Shown here in pieces: positions 1 to 8,860 of a stretch of 64,000 nt of DNA. The stretch is from NCBI GenBank assembly GCA_963716725.1, contig CAVQUB010000005.1:192001-256000 (forward strand), written 5' to 3'. Origin of the DNA: an uncultured delta proteobacterium. GTDB taxonomy: Bacteria > Myxococcota_A > Polyangia > Polyangiales > Polyangiaceae. A program made the translations under genes and the position numbers. The stretch's first letter is position 1. The number at the start of each line of letters is the position of its first letter. The notes below the pieces were generated by a model, which saw nothing but the letters and a program-made list of their open reading frames with translations, was not told the DNA's origin and did not search any database.

Positions 1-340
1 GGTGTTGCATCACCGGCGCCGATTCGGAGTGGGTCCACGAACACGGATCGTGGGTCAGCGACTCCAGCGCCCGACGCTCGCGGCGCAGGCGACGGCAGCG
101 GGTCACGAACACGCTGAACAGCACCTGCTGCATCCAGGCGCGCAGGTTCGTGCCCGGCTGGTAGGTCGACTCGAAGCGCAACGCCCGCTCGACCGTGTCG
201 GCCACGAGATCCTGCGCCTCGGTGGGGTTCATGCTCAGCTTGAGCGCGCGCGCTCGGAGCGCGGGCAACAGGGCCGCGATCTCGTCGCGCAGGGGGCGGT
301 GCGTGGGGGCGGTGGCGAAGCTCGAAGGGTTGCTGAACAT
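1..340 (-). CDS. ECF RNA polymerase sigma factor (partial, runs off window start)
   Basis: Manual translation from ATG at 340: MFSNPSS...LPALRARALKLSMNPTEAQDLVADTVERALRFESTYQPGTNLRAWMQQVLFSVFV, a sigma-70 region 2 signature (AQDLV..T, TNLRAW). Not in the ORF track because its stop is outside the window. Confidence 0.85.
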   Translation of the reverse strand, partial: MFSNPSSFATAPTHRPLRDEIAALLPALRARALKLSMNPTEAQDLVADTVERALRFESTYQPGTNLRAWMQQVLFSVFVTRCRRLRRERRALESLTHDPCSWTHSESAPVMQH

Positions 341-454
341 CGTGGGGCGTTTCCTCTGGCCCGACCCCATCGCAAGCCACGTGCCAGCCCCGAGATCGCT
401 GGATTTGCGCTGTTTCCTCGATGATCGTGCGTCCACGAGGACGCACGGGGCGTG

Positions 455-2014
455 TCAATCTGGCATCTTCTCCGCCGCGCCTGCCAAGCGGGCAAGCGCG
501 TCGGGGATGCCGTCGGCCACTTCGCGAGCGATCAGCCCTCGGTCGGCGCCGGTCGCCTCGGCCCAAGCTTCTGCCGCACACGCATGAACGTGCGCGCCGA
601 AGATCGCCGCGAAGCGCGGCGGCAGGTGTTTGGCGAAGGCCGCGATGACCCCCGCGAGCACGTCGCCTGCGCCGGCCGTGGCCAGTGCTGGCGAACCGGC
701 GGCCGTCACCAGCGTCGTCTCCCCGGGCGCTGCCACCAGCGTGCGAGCGCCCTTCAAGAGCACGACCGCTCCGGTCAACTCTGCCGCGCGCGCCACGGCG
801 GTGTAGCGATCGCGCTCGACCTCGGCCGCGCTGGTCCCGAGCAGACGCCCCAGCTCGGCGGGGTGCGGCGTGAGGATCAGCCGCCCGCGCGCCCGGGCGA
901 GCTCGACTCCGCGCCCTTCGAATGCGCTCAGCGCATCGGCGTCGACGACCTTGACGCCGTCCCAGGTCGCGACCACGTGCTCGGCGACGCGACGCGCGCG
1001 ATCCGACAGGCCGAGACCCGGACCGACGACCACCACGCTTGCGCGCGAGAGCGCTTGGTCGAGCGACGCCTCGATGGCGTCGGGATTGATGCGCGTGGTC
1101 ATCTCTTCGAGCACGCGCGCGTCGAGGGCGTCCGCCGCTTCCGGGAAGGCGCAGATGGTGGCGAGGCCAGCGCCGGCACGCAGCGCGCCGCGCGCCACCA
1201 ACAGCGCGGCGCCGGACTTCCCGGGCGAACCGGCCACTGCGAACACGTGCCCCGCGGTGCCCTTGTGGGCCGCTACGCTGCGGGGCACAAAGAGCTCGCG
1301 TGCGTCGTCGTCGTCGAACAGGAGCGCGGAGCAACCGACTTCGCGATAGAGCTCGCCTGGAACGCCGATGTCCACCACGTGCACGTCGCCCGCGTGTTCG
1401 GCCCCGCTCGGAGTGAGCAAGCCCGTCTTGAGGTGGGCGAAGGTGATGGTGGCCTCGGCGCGCACCGCGACGCCGAGCACCGCGCCGGTGTTCGCGTCGA
1501 GCCCCGACGGCAGATCGAGGGAGAAGGTTCGCGCGTCGCATTCGAGGATCGCCTCGATGACTCGCGCGAGGTTGCCTTGGACGTCGCGATCGAGGCCGGT
1601 GCCGAGCAGCGCGTCGACGACGACGTCCGTCGGACCGAGTGACGCGAGGGCCGCAGCCAGCGCCATCACACCGGCGTCATCCATTGCCGACGTCACGCGA
1701 CCGCCGAGCCCTCGCCAAGCGTCGTGGTTCGCGCGAGCGTCTCCGCCGAGCTGCTGCGGATCTGCCACGAGAAACAGCTCCGCCGTATGCCCAGCCGTCA
1801 AGAGCCTCCGCGCCACGACGAAGCCGTCGCCGCCGTTGTTGCCCGGCCCGGCGACCACCACCACCTTGCCTTGGGAACCCTCGAGTGCGCGCAAGATCAC
1901 ACTGGCGGCGTTGCGCCCTGCGTTCTCCATGAGCACCAGGCTCGGCACGCGACACACTTCGATGGCGTGACGATCGAAGTCTCGGATTTGCTCTCGGGAA
2001 AGAACCGGGATCAT
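455..2014 (-). CDS. nnr: Bifunctional NAD(P)H-hydrate epimerase/dehydratase (YjeF/Nnr)
   Basis: LMENAG, GPGNNGGDG, DALLGTG, DLPSG, HKG..G, GPGLG, DADAL, TPHPAE and GAGDVLAG motifs; start MIPVLSREQ at 2014. Confidence 0.95.
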   Translation of the reverse strand: MIPVLSREQIRDFDRHAIEVCRVPSLVLMENAGRNAASVILRALEGSQGKVVVVAGPGNNGGDGFVVARRLLTAGHTAELFLVADPQQLGGDARANHDAWRGLGGRVTSAMDDAGVMALAAALASLGPTDVVVDALLGTGLDRDVQGNLARVIEAILECDARTFSLDLPSGLDANTGAVLGVAVRAEATITFAHLKTGLLTPSGAEHAGDVHVVDIGVPGELYREVGCSALLFDDDDARELFVPRSVAAHKGTAGHVFAVAGSPGKSGAALLVARGALRAGAGLATICAFPEAADALDARVLEEMTTRINPDAIEASLDQALSRASVVVVGPGLGLSDRARRVAEHVVATWDGVKVVDADALSAFEGRGVELARARGRLILTPHPAELGRLLGTSAAEVERDRYTAVARAAELTGAVVLLKGARTLVAAPGETTLVTAAGSPALATAGAGDVLAGVIAAFAKHLPPRFAAIFGAHVHACAAEAWAEATGADRGLIAREVADGIPDALARLAGAAEKMPD

Positions 2015-2016
2015 CT

Positions 2017-2391
2017 TCACCTCTCGAGCACGACGACCGCGGCGGCGACCCCGGCGTCGTGGCTGATGGAAACGAGCGAGCGCGTGACGCCGAGATCCAT
2101 CAAATAGGGCAGCGCGGGGCCGTGCGCCACGATCTCGGGGGCGCCGCTCGGGCTCCGGCGCACCTCGACGTCTTGCCACCACACGTCTCGGGGCGCGCCC
2201 AGCGCCTTGCTGAAGGCCTCTTTCGCGGCGAAGCGTCCGGCGAGGGCCGCGGCGCGGTCGGCGTGGCGGGCCGCCAGCTCCACCCGCTCGCGCGGCGTCA
2301 GGACTCGCGCCCAGAACTTCTCGCCGAAGCGCCCCAGGGCGCTCTCGATGCGCGCGACACTGCACACGTCGATGCCCAAGCCGACGATCAT
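2017..2391 (-). CDS. acpS: Holo-[acyl-carrier-protein] synthase
   Basis: MIVGLGIDV...RFAAKEAFSKALG...VSISHD; ATG overlaps the pdxJ stop, matching conserved pdxJ-acpS synteny. Confidence 0.95.
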   Translation of the reverse strand: MIVGLGIDVCSVARIESALGRFGEKFWARVLTPRERVELAARHADRAAALAGRFAAKEAFSKALGAPRDVWWQDVEVRRSPSGAPEIVAHGPALPYLMDLGVTRSLVSISHDAGVAAAVVVLER

Positions 2392-3122
2392 GAGCCCCTT
2401 TTGGCGACGCCCCGCGCGATGGCCAGCTTGAAATCTCGGACCGCCTTGCCGAGCCCGCCGAACACCGCGTCGGCGATCACCGCGTGGCCGATGTTGAGCT
2501 CGACGATGGGTCCGATGGCGGCGACGTCCACCAGGTTGTGTCGGGTGAGACCGTGCCCTGCGGCCACTTCGAGCCCCAGCTCCGCGCCGCGGATCGCGCC
2601 GGCCTTCAGGCGTGCGAGCTCGGCGAGTCGGGCCTCGCCGCTCAGGTGACAATACTCGCCGGTGTGCAGCTCGATCTGCGCGGCGCCGACGGCCTTGCTG
2701 GCGGCGATCTGATCGAGGTCCGGCGCGATGAACAAGCTCAGCCGGATCCCGACCTCGCTGCACATCGTGGCGACCTTCTCGATGGCTTTCCGCGCGTTCT
2801 TCACGTCGAGGCCGCCTTCGGTCGTGCGCTCCTCGCGCCGCTCGGGCACCAGCGTGATCACGTCCGGGCGGATGCGCCGCGCGATCTCGGTCATCTCGTC
2901 CGTCGCCGCCATCTCGAGGTTCATGATGGTGTCGATGGAGGCCCGCATGCGCTCGACGTCCTCGTCCCGAATGTGGCGACGGTCCTCGCGCAGGTGCAGC
3001 GTGATGCCGTCGGCGCCGGCCCGCTCGCAGAGCTGCGCGGCGAAGACCGGATCGGGGTAGCGCGTGCCCCGGGCGTTGCGCAGGGTCGCGACGTGGTCAA
3101 TGTTCACGTGAAAGCGGATCAC
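2388..3122 (-). CDS. pdxJ: Pyridoxine 5'-phosphate synthase
   Basis: VNIDHVATLRNARG, HLREDRRHI, TTEGGLD, IELHTG, AGHGL and ELNIGH motifs. Confidence 0.97.
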   Translation of the reverse strand: MIRFHVNIDHVATLRNARGTRYPDPVFAAQLCERAGADGITLHLREDRRHIRDEDVERMRASIDTIMNLEMAATDEMTEIARRIRPDVITLVPERREERTTEGGLDVKNARKAIEKVATMCSEVGIRLSLFIAPDLDQIAASKAVGAAQIELHTGEYCHLSGEARLAELARLKAGAIRGAELGLEVAAGHGLTRHNLVDVAAIGPIVELNIGHAVIADAVFGGLGKAVRDFKLAIARGVAKRGS

Positions 3123-3202
3123 GGCGGCACCATACGCTTTTGCCCTGGGAATAGGGTGGACAAGGTCCCCCCTCCGGCTATGCTTCCGAGGGGAGGGAAA
3201 TC

Positions 3203-3574
3203 ATGCTTCGATGGATCTCGCTCGTGCTCTGCGCCGGCGCGTTCGCCTGCGCCAGCGACTCGCAGGAAGCCGCCGACACGGACTCCGGATTGAACGGCAA
3301 CGTGACGCCCTGCGTGCACACCACCACGGACTCGGTCGCGCGGAGGGACTCCGACACCTTGCCGACCGGTGCGTGCACCCCGGATCCGGACGAGCCGGAG
3401 TGCAAGCTCGTCCTCCGAGATTGCCCGTGTGTGAACGTGCAGTCGCCGCGGAGCCTTTACACCTGCACCTGCACCGGCGGCAGCTGGTCCTGCACGCTCA
3501 CCTCTCAAGACTTGGGCGCGTGTCCCGCTCCGGACTCGGGTTCTTGCGAGCTGGGCGACGCCGGGGGCGGCTGA
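3203..3574 (+). CDS. Small Cys-rich lipoprotein, hypothetical
   Basis: Signal/lipobox (LVLCAGAFA-C), GGAGG-like SD upstream, CTCTGGSWSC motif. Confidence 0.7.
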   Translation: MLRWISLVLCAGAFACASDSQEAADTDSGLNGNVTPCVHTTTDSVARRDSDTLPTGACTPDPDEPECKLVLRDCPCVNVQSPRSLYTCTCTGGSWSCTLTSQDLGACPAPDSGSCELGDAGGG

Positions 3575-3604
3575 GGCCCAATCCGCTACGTTGGCTGGGT
3601 GAGG

Positions 3605-3907
3605 CTACAGTCCGAGAGCAAAGCGCAGCGCATCGTCGAGTTGCTGCAGCTTCGACGCGCTGAGACTGCCTCCTCGCTCGATCAAGTCCTCCTTGGGAAC
3701 CGTCACCAGCCAATCACAATTGACCACACCCATCCGGGGCAGACCCTCCGCCCGCCCGATTTTGACCTCCACTGCGAAGCCGCGAATGGTCGTGGTCACC
3801 GGTGCGACAATCACCAGCGCGCGGACCGCATAGGCTTCGTGGCGGGAAACGAGCACCACCGGGCGTCGCTTGTCCAGGCGTGCCCACCAGACTTCTCCGC
3901 GCCTCAC
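3605..3907 (-). CDS. mazF: Type II TA toxin, MazF/PemK family endoribonuclease
   Basis: RRGEVWWA...KRRPVVLVS...VIVAPVTT...NCD...LDDALRFALGL; GTG start overlaps the antitoxin stop. Confidence 0.92.
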   Translation of the reverse strand: MRRGEVWWARLDKRRPVVLVSRHEAYAVRALVIVAPVTTTIRGFAVEVKIGRAEGLPRMGVVNCDWLVTVPKEDLIERGGSLSASKLQQLDDALRFALGL

Positions 3908-4170
3908 GCCTCGTCCCAAGGCAGTTGGGCGATCGATCGCCGCGCGAGCTTCCGAGCTTCGGTCACCTGCCGCGGGCTCTCCGGTACGGCCCGGTAGGCC
4001 TCGACGTACCGCTCGATCTCTCGCTCACGGGCCTCGATCTGCAGCAATTGTCGCAGGGCGCGTCCGAGCAGGGCGCTGCGCGTCTCCCCAGTCGCCTTCC
4101 TGAGCCGCTCGGCCTGCGCGAGAAGGTCACCGTCCAGGCTGACTCCGATCTTTTCGGCCTTCGCGCTCAC
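3904..4170 (-). CDS. Ribbon-helix-helix (CopG-type) antitoxin
   Basis: KIGVSLDGDLLAQAERL...TRSALLGRAL RHH pattern; YVEAYRAVPE tail typical of MazE-like RHH antitoxins; coupled to the toxin. Confidence 0.85.
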   Translation of the reverse strand: MSAKAEKIGVSLDGDLLAQAERLRKATGETRSALLGRALRQLLQIEAREREIERYVEAYRAVPESPRQVTEARKLARRSIAQLPWDEA

Positions 4171-4206
4171 GGTATGAATTTGTCCTACCGCGGGACCTTC
4201 GTCAAG
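4171..4206 (-). promoter_or_regulatory. Putative TA promoter/operator
   Basis: Minus strand reads TTGACG (-35-like), then the imperfect inverted repeat GGTAGGA-N5-TCATACC (4171-4189) directly abutting the antitoxin GTG. Confidence 0.5.
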
Positions 4207-4241
4207 TTGGACCCGGCCCCCGTCGCAGGCATCGCAGGCAT

Positions 4242-4357
4242 CGCAGGCATCACCGGCGTCACCGCTTTCAGCGGCGCTCTTCGCCACGCCGGCAGCCAGA
4301 GCCGGAGCTCGTAGCCGGTCCGGCTCACCGGGATCTCTGCGTTCACCGGCGACACCC
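4242..4357. repeat. Short diverged copy of the PMT-like gene 3' end
   Basis: Matches 7056-7171 and 9757-9872 with about 5 mismatches; left edge carries a 9-bp tandem (TCGCAGGCA)x3 at 4223-4249. Confidence 0.9.
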
Positions 4358-4414
4358 CTCGAGTGCCCGAATGGCCGTTCCACCGATCACGTGCACCTCC
4401 GGGAAAGCCCGGCG

Positions 4415-4954
4415 CTAGGAGCCGGGAAAAAGAAAGCCATCATTCGCAAACGGCGGCGTTGCGCGCCGTTCAACAGGGGCCAGGGGACAGGCAACAGGCA
4501 ACAGGCAATGGTCCGGACGCGTGGAACGCCCGCACAGCGGCGCATCCCGCGGCTCACGCGGGCCTGCGCGGCGCGATGGCTTTGGCGCTTCGGCACGCGC
4601 AGTGCGTGCCGAAGCGCCCAGGATAGCTGCCAGCTCGTTGGCTTCGCCGAGTAGCGCCTCGGGCACTGGCCAGCCGCACCGCTCGATCAGGGCGAGCCAG
4701 TAGGCTGTTTCGCGCATCTCTTTGGCGGCGATGCTCGCCTTGTGGGCAAAGTCGTCCCGACTCTCGGCGGCACGTGCCTCCTCGTAATTGGCCCCGGCAC
4801 TGGTCGCGCAGCGGACGAGCTGCATGGCGATGTGACGACCGGCGTGACTTCTCGGGAGCCGGGCCGCGAGCAGAAGCGCAGCGGCGCCGAGCTCGAGCAA
4901 GCGTTCAGCAATGTCGCTCCCGCGCCGTAGGGACTGCCCGTTGCCGGTGGCCTG
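4415..4954 (-). CDS. Four-helix-bundle protein (23S rRNA IVS protein/bAvd-like family), probably 5'-truncated
   Basis: DIAERLLEL...QLVRCATSAGANYEEARAAESRDDFAHKASIAAKEMRETAYWL...EANELAAIL family signature; no proper start before the transposase remnant; frame runs on through the repeat array to 4415. Confidence 0.85.
   Translation of the reverse strand, partial: QATGNGQSLRRGSDIAERLLELGAAALLLAARLPRSHAGRHIAMQLVRCATSAGANYEEARAAESRDDFAHKASIAAKEMRETAYWLALIERCGWPVPEALLGEANELAAILGASARTARAEAPKPSRRAGPREPRDAPLCGRSTRPDHCLLPVACPLAPVERRATPPFANDGFLFPGS
4474..4508 (+). repeat. Heptamer tandem array CAGGGGC CAGGGGA (CAGGCAA)3
   Basis: Directly visible; complementary degenerate heptamers CTGCCCG TTGCCGG TGGCCTG at 4934-4954 on the other side of the gene. 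Confidence 0.9.
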
Positions 4955-4955
4955 A

Positions 4956-5066
4956 CTGATGCGCGGCGTCACCGCCGCGCGCGACGAGTTTCGGCTCATC
5001 GCGCTGACGCACAACCTGCTGAAGCTGTTCCGCTCCCGGAGCCGTCCGGCAATGCTCGCGCCATGA
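4956..5066 (+). pseudogene. IS1182-family transposase C-terminal remnant
   Basis: Translates LMRGVTAARDEFRLIALTHNLLKLFRSRSRPAMLAP*, matching the IS1182 C-terminal pattern LxRG...E..L.A..HNL.KL. Confidence 0.75.
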
Positions 5067-5141
5067 CCAACGGCGGCCGTTCCAACGCTCATGCGCTCGC
5101 TCCGCAGTCGAGCGGCCGTTCGAGCGACTCAGTCGCCCGTA

Positions 5142-5793
5142 GCCTGGCACCGCGACCGACGGAGGCTCGCTTGCGGACGGGAGCTCGACCCCTGACGGTG
5201 GGGGAGACGCAGGCGGTGGCGTGTGTGGCACCGGGTTGCTCGCCGAGGTGGCCGTGCCCGGTGCGAGCGATCCGTGGCTCGCGGGGATGCCCGACGGTGC
5301 GACCGCGTCTTCGGGCGACGTCGCTCCAGACCAATCGCCGGCGCTCGCCACAGCCAGCGTCTCGGGCTGCACTCTGACCTTCTCCGTGACGGGCGGGGTG
5401 CACTTCGATCCGGGCTGTCCGCCGGCCTGCACCGGGCCCGACGGAATGGTCGGTGGCGGGGCCCATGCAGCCGGCGCCGAGAACGGGATCTCCTCCACGG
5501 TCGCGCCCTGGAACGCGCTCATGGGTGTGTTCGTGGGCAGCGACCCGCCGAACCTCACCGCTCCGCCCGACTCGCTGGACTTCCTCTCGGGGGCCCGCGA
5601 CTTCGCGCACCTCGAGCCTGAGCTGAAGCAGGTATTCTTCATCGGCGACGGCCTCACCGGGGAAGGGCTCGGAGCCACCCAGACGTTCCTGGTTCCCGAG
5701 GGCGCGACGCGACTCTACCTGGGCACCATGGACGGCTCGGGTTGGTTCAACAACAGCGGCTCCTTCGACGTGCGGGTCTACAGCGCGCCGTGA
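5142..5793 (+). CDS. Exported beta-rich hypothetical protein, 5'-truncated (no signal peptide or start)
   Basis: Open frame from 5142 (GTATDGGSLADG linker) into ...QVFFIGDG...GATRLYLGTMDG.GWFNNSGSFDV; stop immediately upstream. Confidence 0.6.
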
Positions 5794-6103
5794 GCGCAGG
5801 TGCTGCGACGGCGCTCCGGGCTCGACGGTCGACCGCGTCACGGACGTTGGGCGAGCCTGAGCCGGTCTCGTAGCGCGTGGTACATCGGGACGGTCCTCGA
5901 TAGATCGATTTCCGCCCGTGCAGGCACCCAGGTCCGGATTAGGCTCCACCGGTTGAACTGCTGGCGCGAGCCCAACACGGTTGCTTCGGCGCACTCGGTG
6001 ACCTTGCTCGGGCCCACTCGACAATGTCGTGCCCGCCCGCCTTTCCGAGCCCGCGGACATCCCAGGTGGCCTGGCGCCTAGTGGCTGGCTATAGTTTGCA
6101 CGC

Positions 6104-6685
6104 GTGACCGAACCGGCGAAGAAGCTCGCTACGTATCAAGACGTGCTTGCCGCGCCGCCTCATATGATCGCCGAGCTCATCGACGGGGAGTTGCGACTTC
6201 AGCCCCGGCCGGCCAAGCCCCACGCTGCCGCCGCAAGCGCGCTCGGTGAGGAGCTGGGCCCACCTTTCAAGCGCGGCCGTGGTGGACCTGGTGGCTGGGT
6301 GATCCTCGACGAGCCCGAACTGCATTTGGCCGCCGACGTTCTCGTTCCCGATCTGGGAGGTTGGCTCGTCGAACGCTTGCCTGCGCTCATCGACGACGAG
6401 CCGTTCTTTACGCTGACTCCGGATTGGGTCTGTGAGGTGCTGAGCCCGCGCACCGCGAAGTACGATCGAACCGACAAGCTGCGAATCTACGCTCGAGAGC
6501 AGGTGCCCTGGGTCTGGTTCGTCGATCCTCTGCAGCGAACGCTCGAAGTCCTGCGGCTCGAGGCGGGCAAGTGGACCGTGCTGGATACTTGGCGCGACGA
6601 CGCCACGGTACGCGCCCGACCCTTCGATGCAATCGAGCTAGAACTCGCAGCCCTCTGGCATCGGGTCGTTCTCCGAGAGCCTTGA
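6104..6685 (+). CDS. Uma2 family (DUF820) PD-(D/E)xK endonuclease-fold protein
   Basis: AELIDGEL, GGPGGWVILDEPELHL, VPDLGGW, PDWVCEVLSP, DK..IYA and W.VDP motifs. Confidence 0.95.
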   Translation: MTEPAKKLATYQDVLAAPPHMIAELIDGELRLQPRPAKPHAAAASALGEELGPPFKRGRGGPGGWVILDEPELHLAADVLVPDLGGWLVERLPALIDDEPFFTLTPDWVCEVLSPRTAKYDRTDKLRIYAREQVPWVWFVDPLQRTLEVLRLEAGKWTVLDTWRDDATVRARPFDAIELELAALWHRVVLREP

Positions 6686-6855
6686 ACCGGACGTCGAGAT
6701 CCGGCACTACGGTTTGCTCGCACCGTGTCGCGTGTGGCAGCCAAAAACCCGTTCGAGCGGATTGTCTTGAGTACGGCCGGCGCATTGGCGCTCCTGAAGG
6801 ATACCCGGTCGGCTCGTTCGACTCGCCGCTGACAAGCATGTCCGGCCGGGCGACG

Positions 6856-7341
6856 GACAAGGCTGATGATTGCTTCGTGTTCGAGGTCGAGCCGGACCGA
6901 CAGCCCGCGGCGGACGCCTGGGGCTTCTGCCTGCCCAAGGCCATCTGCGCGGCGAGCGCCGCAACGCTGCCCGGCGGCCGGCGCTGCGAATAGGGGGAGT
7001 TTCCCCGTTAGGATGGGGCTCCATCACACTGACCTCAACGACCCGCAGGAAGCCGCGCAGGCGTCACCGGCGTCACCGCCTTCAGCGGCGCTCTTCGCCA
7101 CGCCGGCAGCCAGAGCCGGAGCTCGTAGCCGGTCCGGCTCACCGCGATCTCGGCGCTCACCGGCGACACCCACCACGAGCAGATCGTGATCGCGCCGACG
7201 CCGACGAGCCCGAGGCGCTTTCGGTCTGCGAGCGCCCGCGCGATCTTGCCCGCGACCAGCGCGACGCCGAAGCCATACGCAGGCAGATAGTGATAGATGT
7301 ACGAGTCGCGGCGCGAGACGATCCAGGGCACCAGCGGGAGC
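6856..7341. repeat. 486-bp direct repeat, copy 1 (3' ends of a lipoprotein gene and the convergent PMT-like gene)
   Basis: Aligns by eye with 9557-10042 (offset 2701) with about 10 substitutions. Confidence 0.95.
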
Positions 7342-7464
7342 AAGCCTCCGAGGGCCGCGATCATCGACAGACTAGACCTGGACGGACCAGACCGCGGCTT
7401 GACCCCGATGGCGACCTGGGGATAGTCTCACAACAGAAGAGCAGTCGTGCGCAGGAGGGGGAGC

Positions 7465-8845
7465 ATGAGCAACTCGCAACTCGCAACTCGCAACTCGCGG
7501 TTCGACCTCGGCGCACCGAGCGCTGCGTTCGAGTCCTGCGCGAGCCGTCCAGCTGATCGTTGCGGCGGGCTTCGCGCTCGCGTGTGATTCCGAGGAGGTC
7601 GAGATCCGCGCCAATCAGCAGGTCGTTTGGGCGTCGCGCCTGGGCGGTGATCGGTTGGTGCGCGATTCGCAGCTCGGGTTGAGCCAGTACAAGCAGCCAC
7701 CGTATTTGCTCACCGTCGATGTGGACTCCGACGCGCAGCGGACGGAGTTGTTGTTCTTCCCTTTCGATCCACAGACTTCTTTTGTCCCACTCTCGAAATC
7801 GGGAGGCAGCGCGCCGGTGGCGCCGAAGGGAAACGCCGTGGGCTTCCTCCACGCTGGTGGCGTCGCGACGTATCAGGTCGGCTCCAGCCTGGCGTTGATG
7901 AATGGCCTGCAGCCGCAGAGCATTCGGGGGCACTATCAGCGCAGGCATGGCGAGTGCGAGCTCGAGGTCTCGTGGAAGACGCTGCTCGACGCCGTGTTGG
8001 CTGGGGTGGATGACAGCTCCGGCGAAGGAGAGTGCAACGCGTTGTTCTGTCCGGACTACGACGTCCACTACACGAAGCGGGTTGCCACCAGCTACCTGCG
8101 GCAGGTCGGCACCCGCGGCCAGGGGGGCTTCGGGCTCTTCTTCGAAGGCGAGACCGAGGTCGATTCACCCGTCATCGATGACCTCTCCTTCTACGGCAAG
8201 GCCGCCTACGATCTTCGGTTGTCCGAAGCGGGACTTCCGGAGCTCGTCGTCGCAGCGGGACCGTTCTCGGGCACATGGAATTGCTCGTCTTCACCCTTCA
8301 CTACGTGTCCGCGCGAAGACGTCGAAGATGGCGTCATCGAAGGAATGGCGGAGGCAACGGGGAAGCTGAACGGCATCTTCGAGGAGTGTCTGTTTGCCCC
8401 GATCGAGGCGGACTGCGAGACGGCCGTGGATTGTGCGGACGATATTCAGGTGGTTTTCTTGGCGAGCGGCGCGCGCCAGGAGGCTGAACAACGGGGGATG
8501 GCCCCTGCAATCGCGAACAAGTTCGAGTCCGCTTTGCTCGACTCCGCCAATTGGCGCTGCGCGCCGGTGACGAACACCTGCGCCGCGTTGACCGGGGCCG
8601 ACCCGACTCCAGAGCCCGCCTGCCAGCTCCGGCTGGCGGCAACGGACATCGTCTCGATGCCGGATCGCTTTGGACTGGTGTGGTACCCGGAGGATCCCGG
8701 CGCCGCGCCGGTGACAGCGGCTCAGGGGTTGTATCTGGGCCTCAGCTTTCTGGGCCAAACCGACGAACTCTTGCAGCTCTGCTCGCCGCGACCCGCGACT
8801 CGAGCGAGGTCGTTCGTTCGTGTGGTGGACAACAGCTCGCACTGA
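7465..8845 (+). CDS. Cys-containing lipoprotein, out of frame at its 5' SSR (candidate phase-variable gene)
   Basis: The frame of ORF 7655..8845 is open back to 7469 and contains a lipoprotein signal (VQLIVAAGFALA-C); the SD-preceded ATG at 7465 is in frame only with 3 or 6 heptamers. Confidence 0.7.
7469..7496 (+). repeat. Perfect heptamer SSR (GCAACTC)4 directly after an ATG
   Basis: Sequence reads AGGAGGGGG-AGC-ATGA-(GCAACTC)4-GCGG. Confidence 0.95.
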
Positions 8846-8860
8846 GGCGCGGGGAGCCGA

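Larger units (their letters stand above)
4415..5066. mobile_element. Degenerate IS1182-like element carrying a four-helix-bundle passenger gene
   Basis: CTAGGAGCC-GGGAAAAAG end (4415-4432; compare intact CTAGGAGCCTGTCGGGAAAAAAG at 25656-25634), heptamer array, four-helix-bundle gene and transposase C-terminal remnant. Confidence 0.55.

Noticed and set aside
5156..5168. CCGACGGAGGCTC as the right terminal repeat of the IS1182-like remnant
   Set aside because: Lies in the TDGGS codons of the downstream truncated gene and lacks CTAG.
6571..6993. 140-aa chimeric ORF ending in the duplicated lipoprotein C-terminus
   Set aside because: Overlaps Uma2 out of frame and has no signal peptide; a by-product of the duplication junction at 6856.
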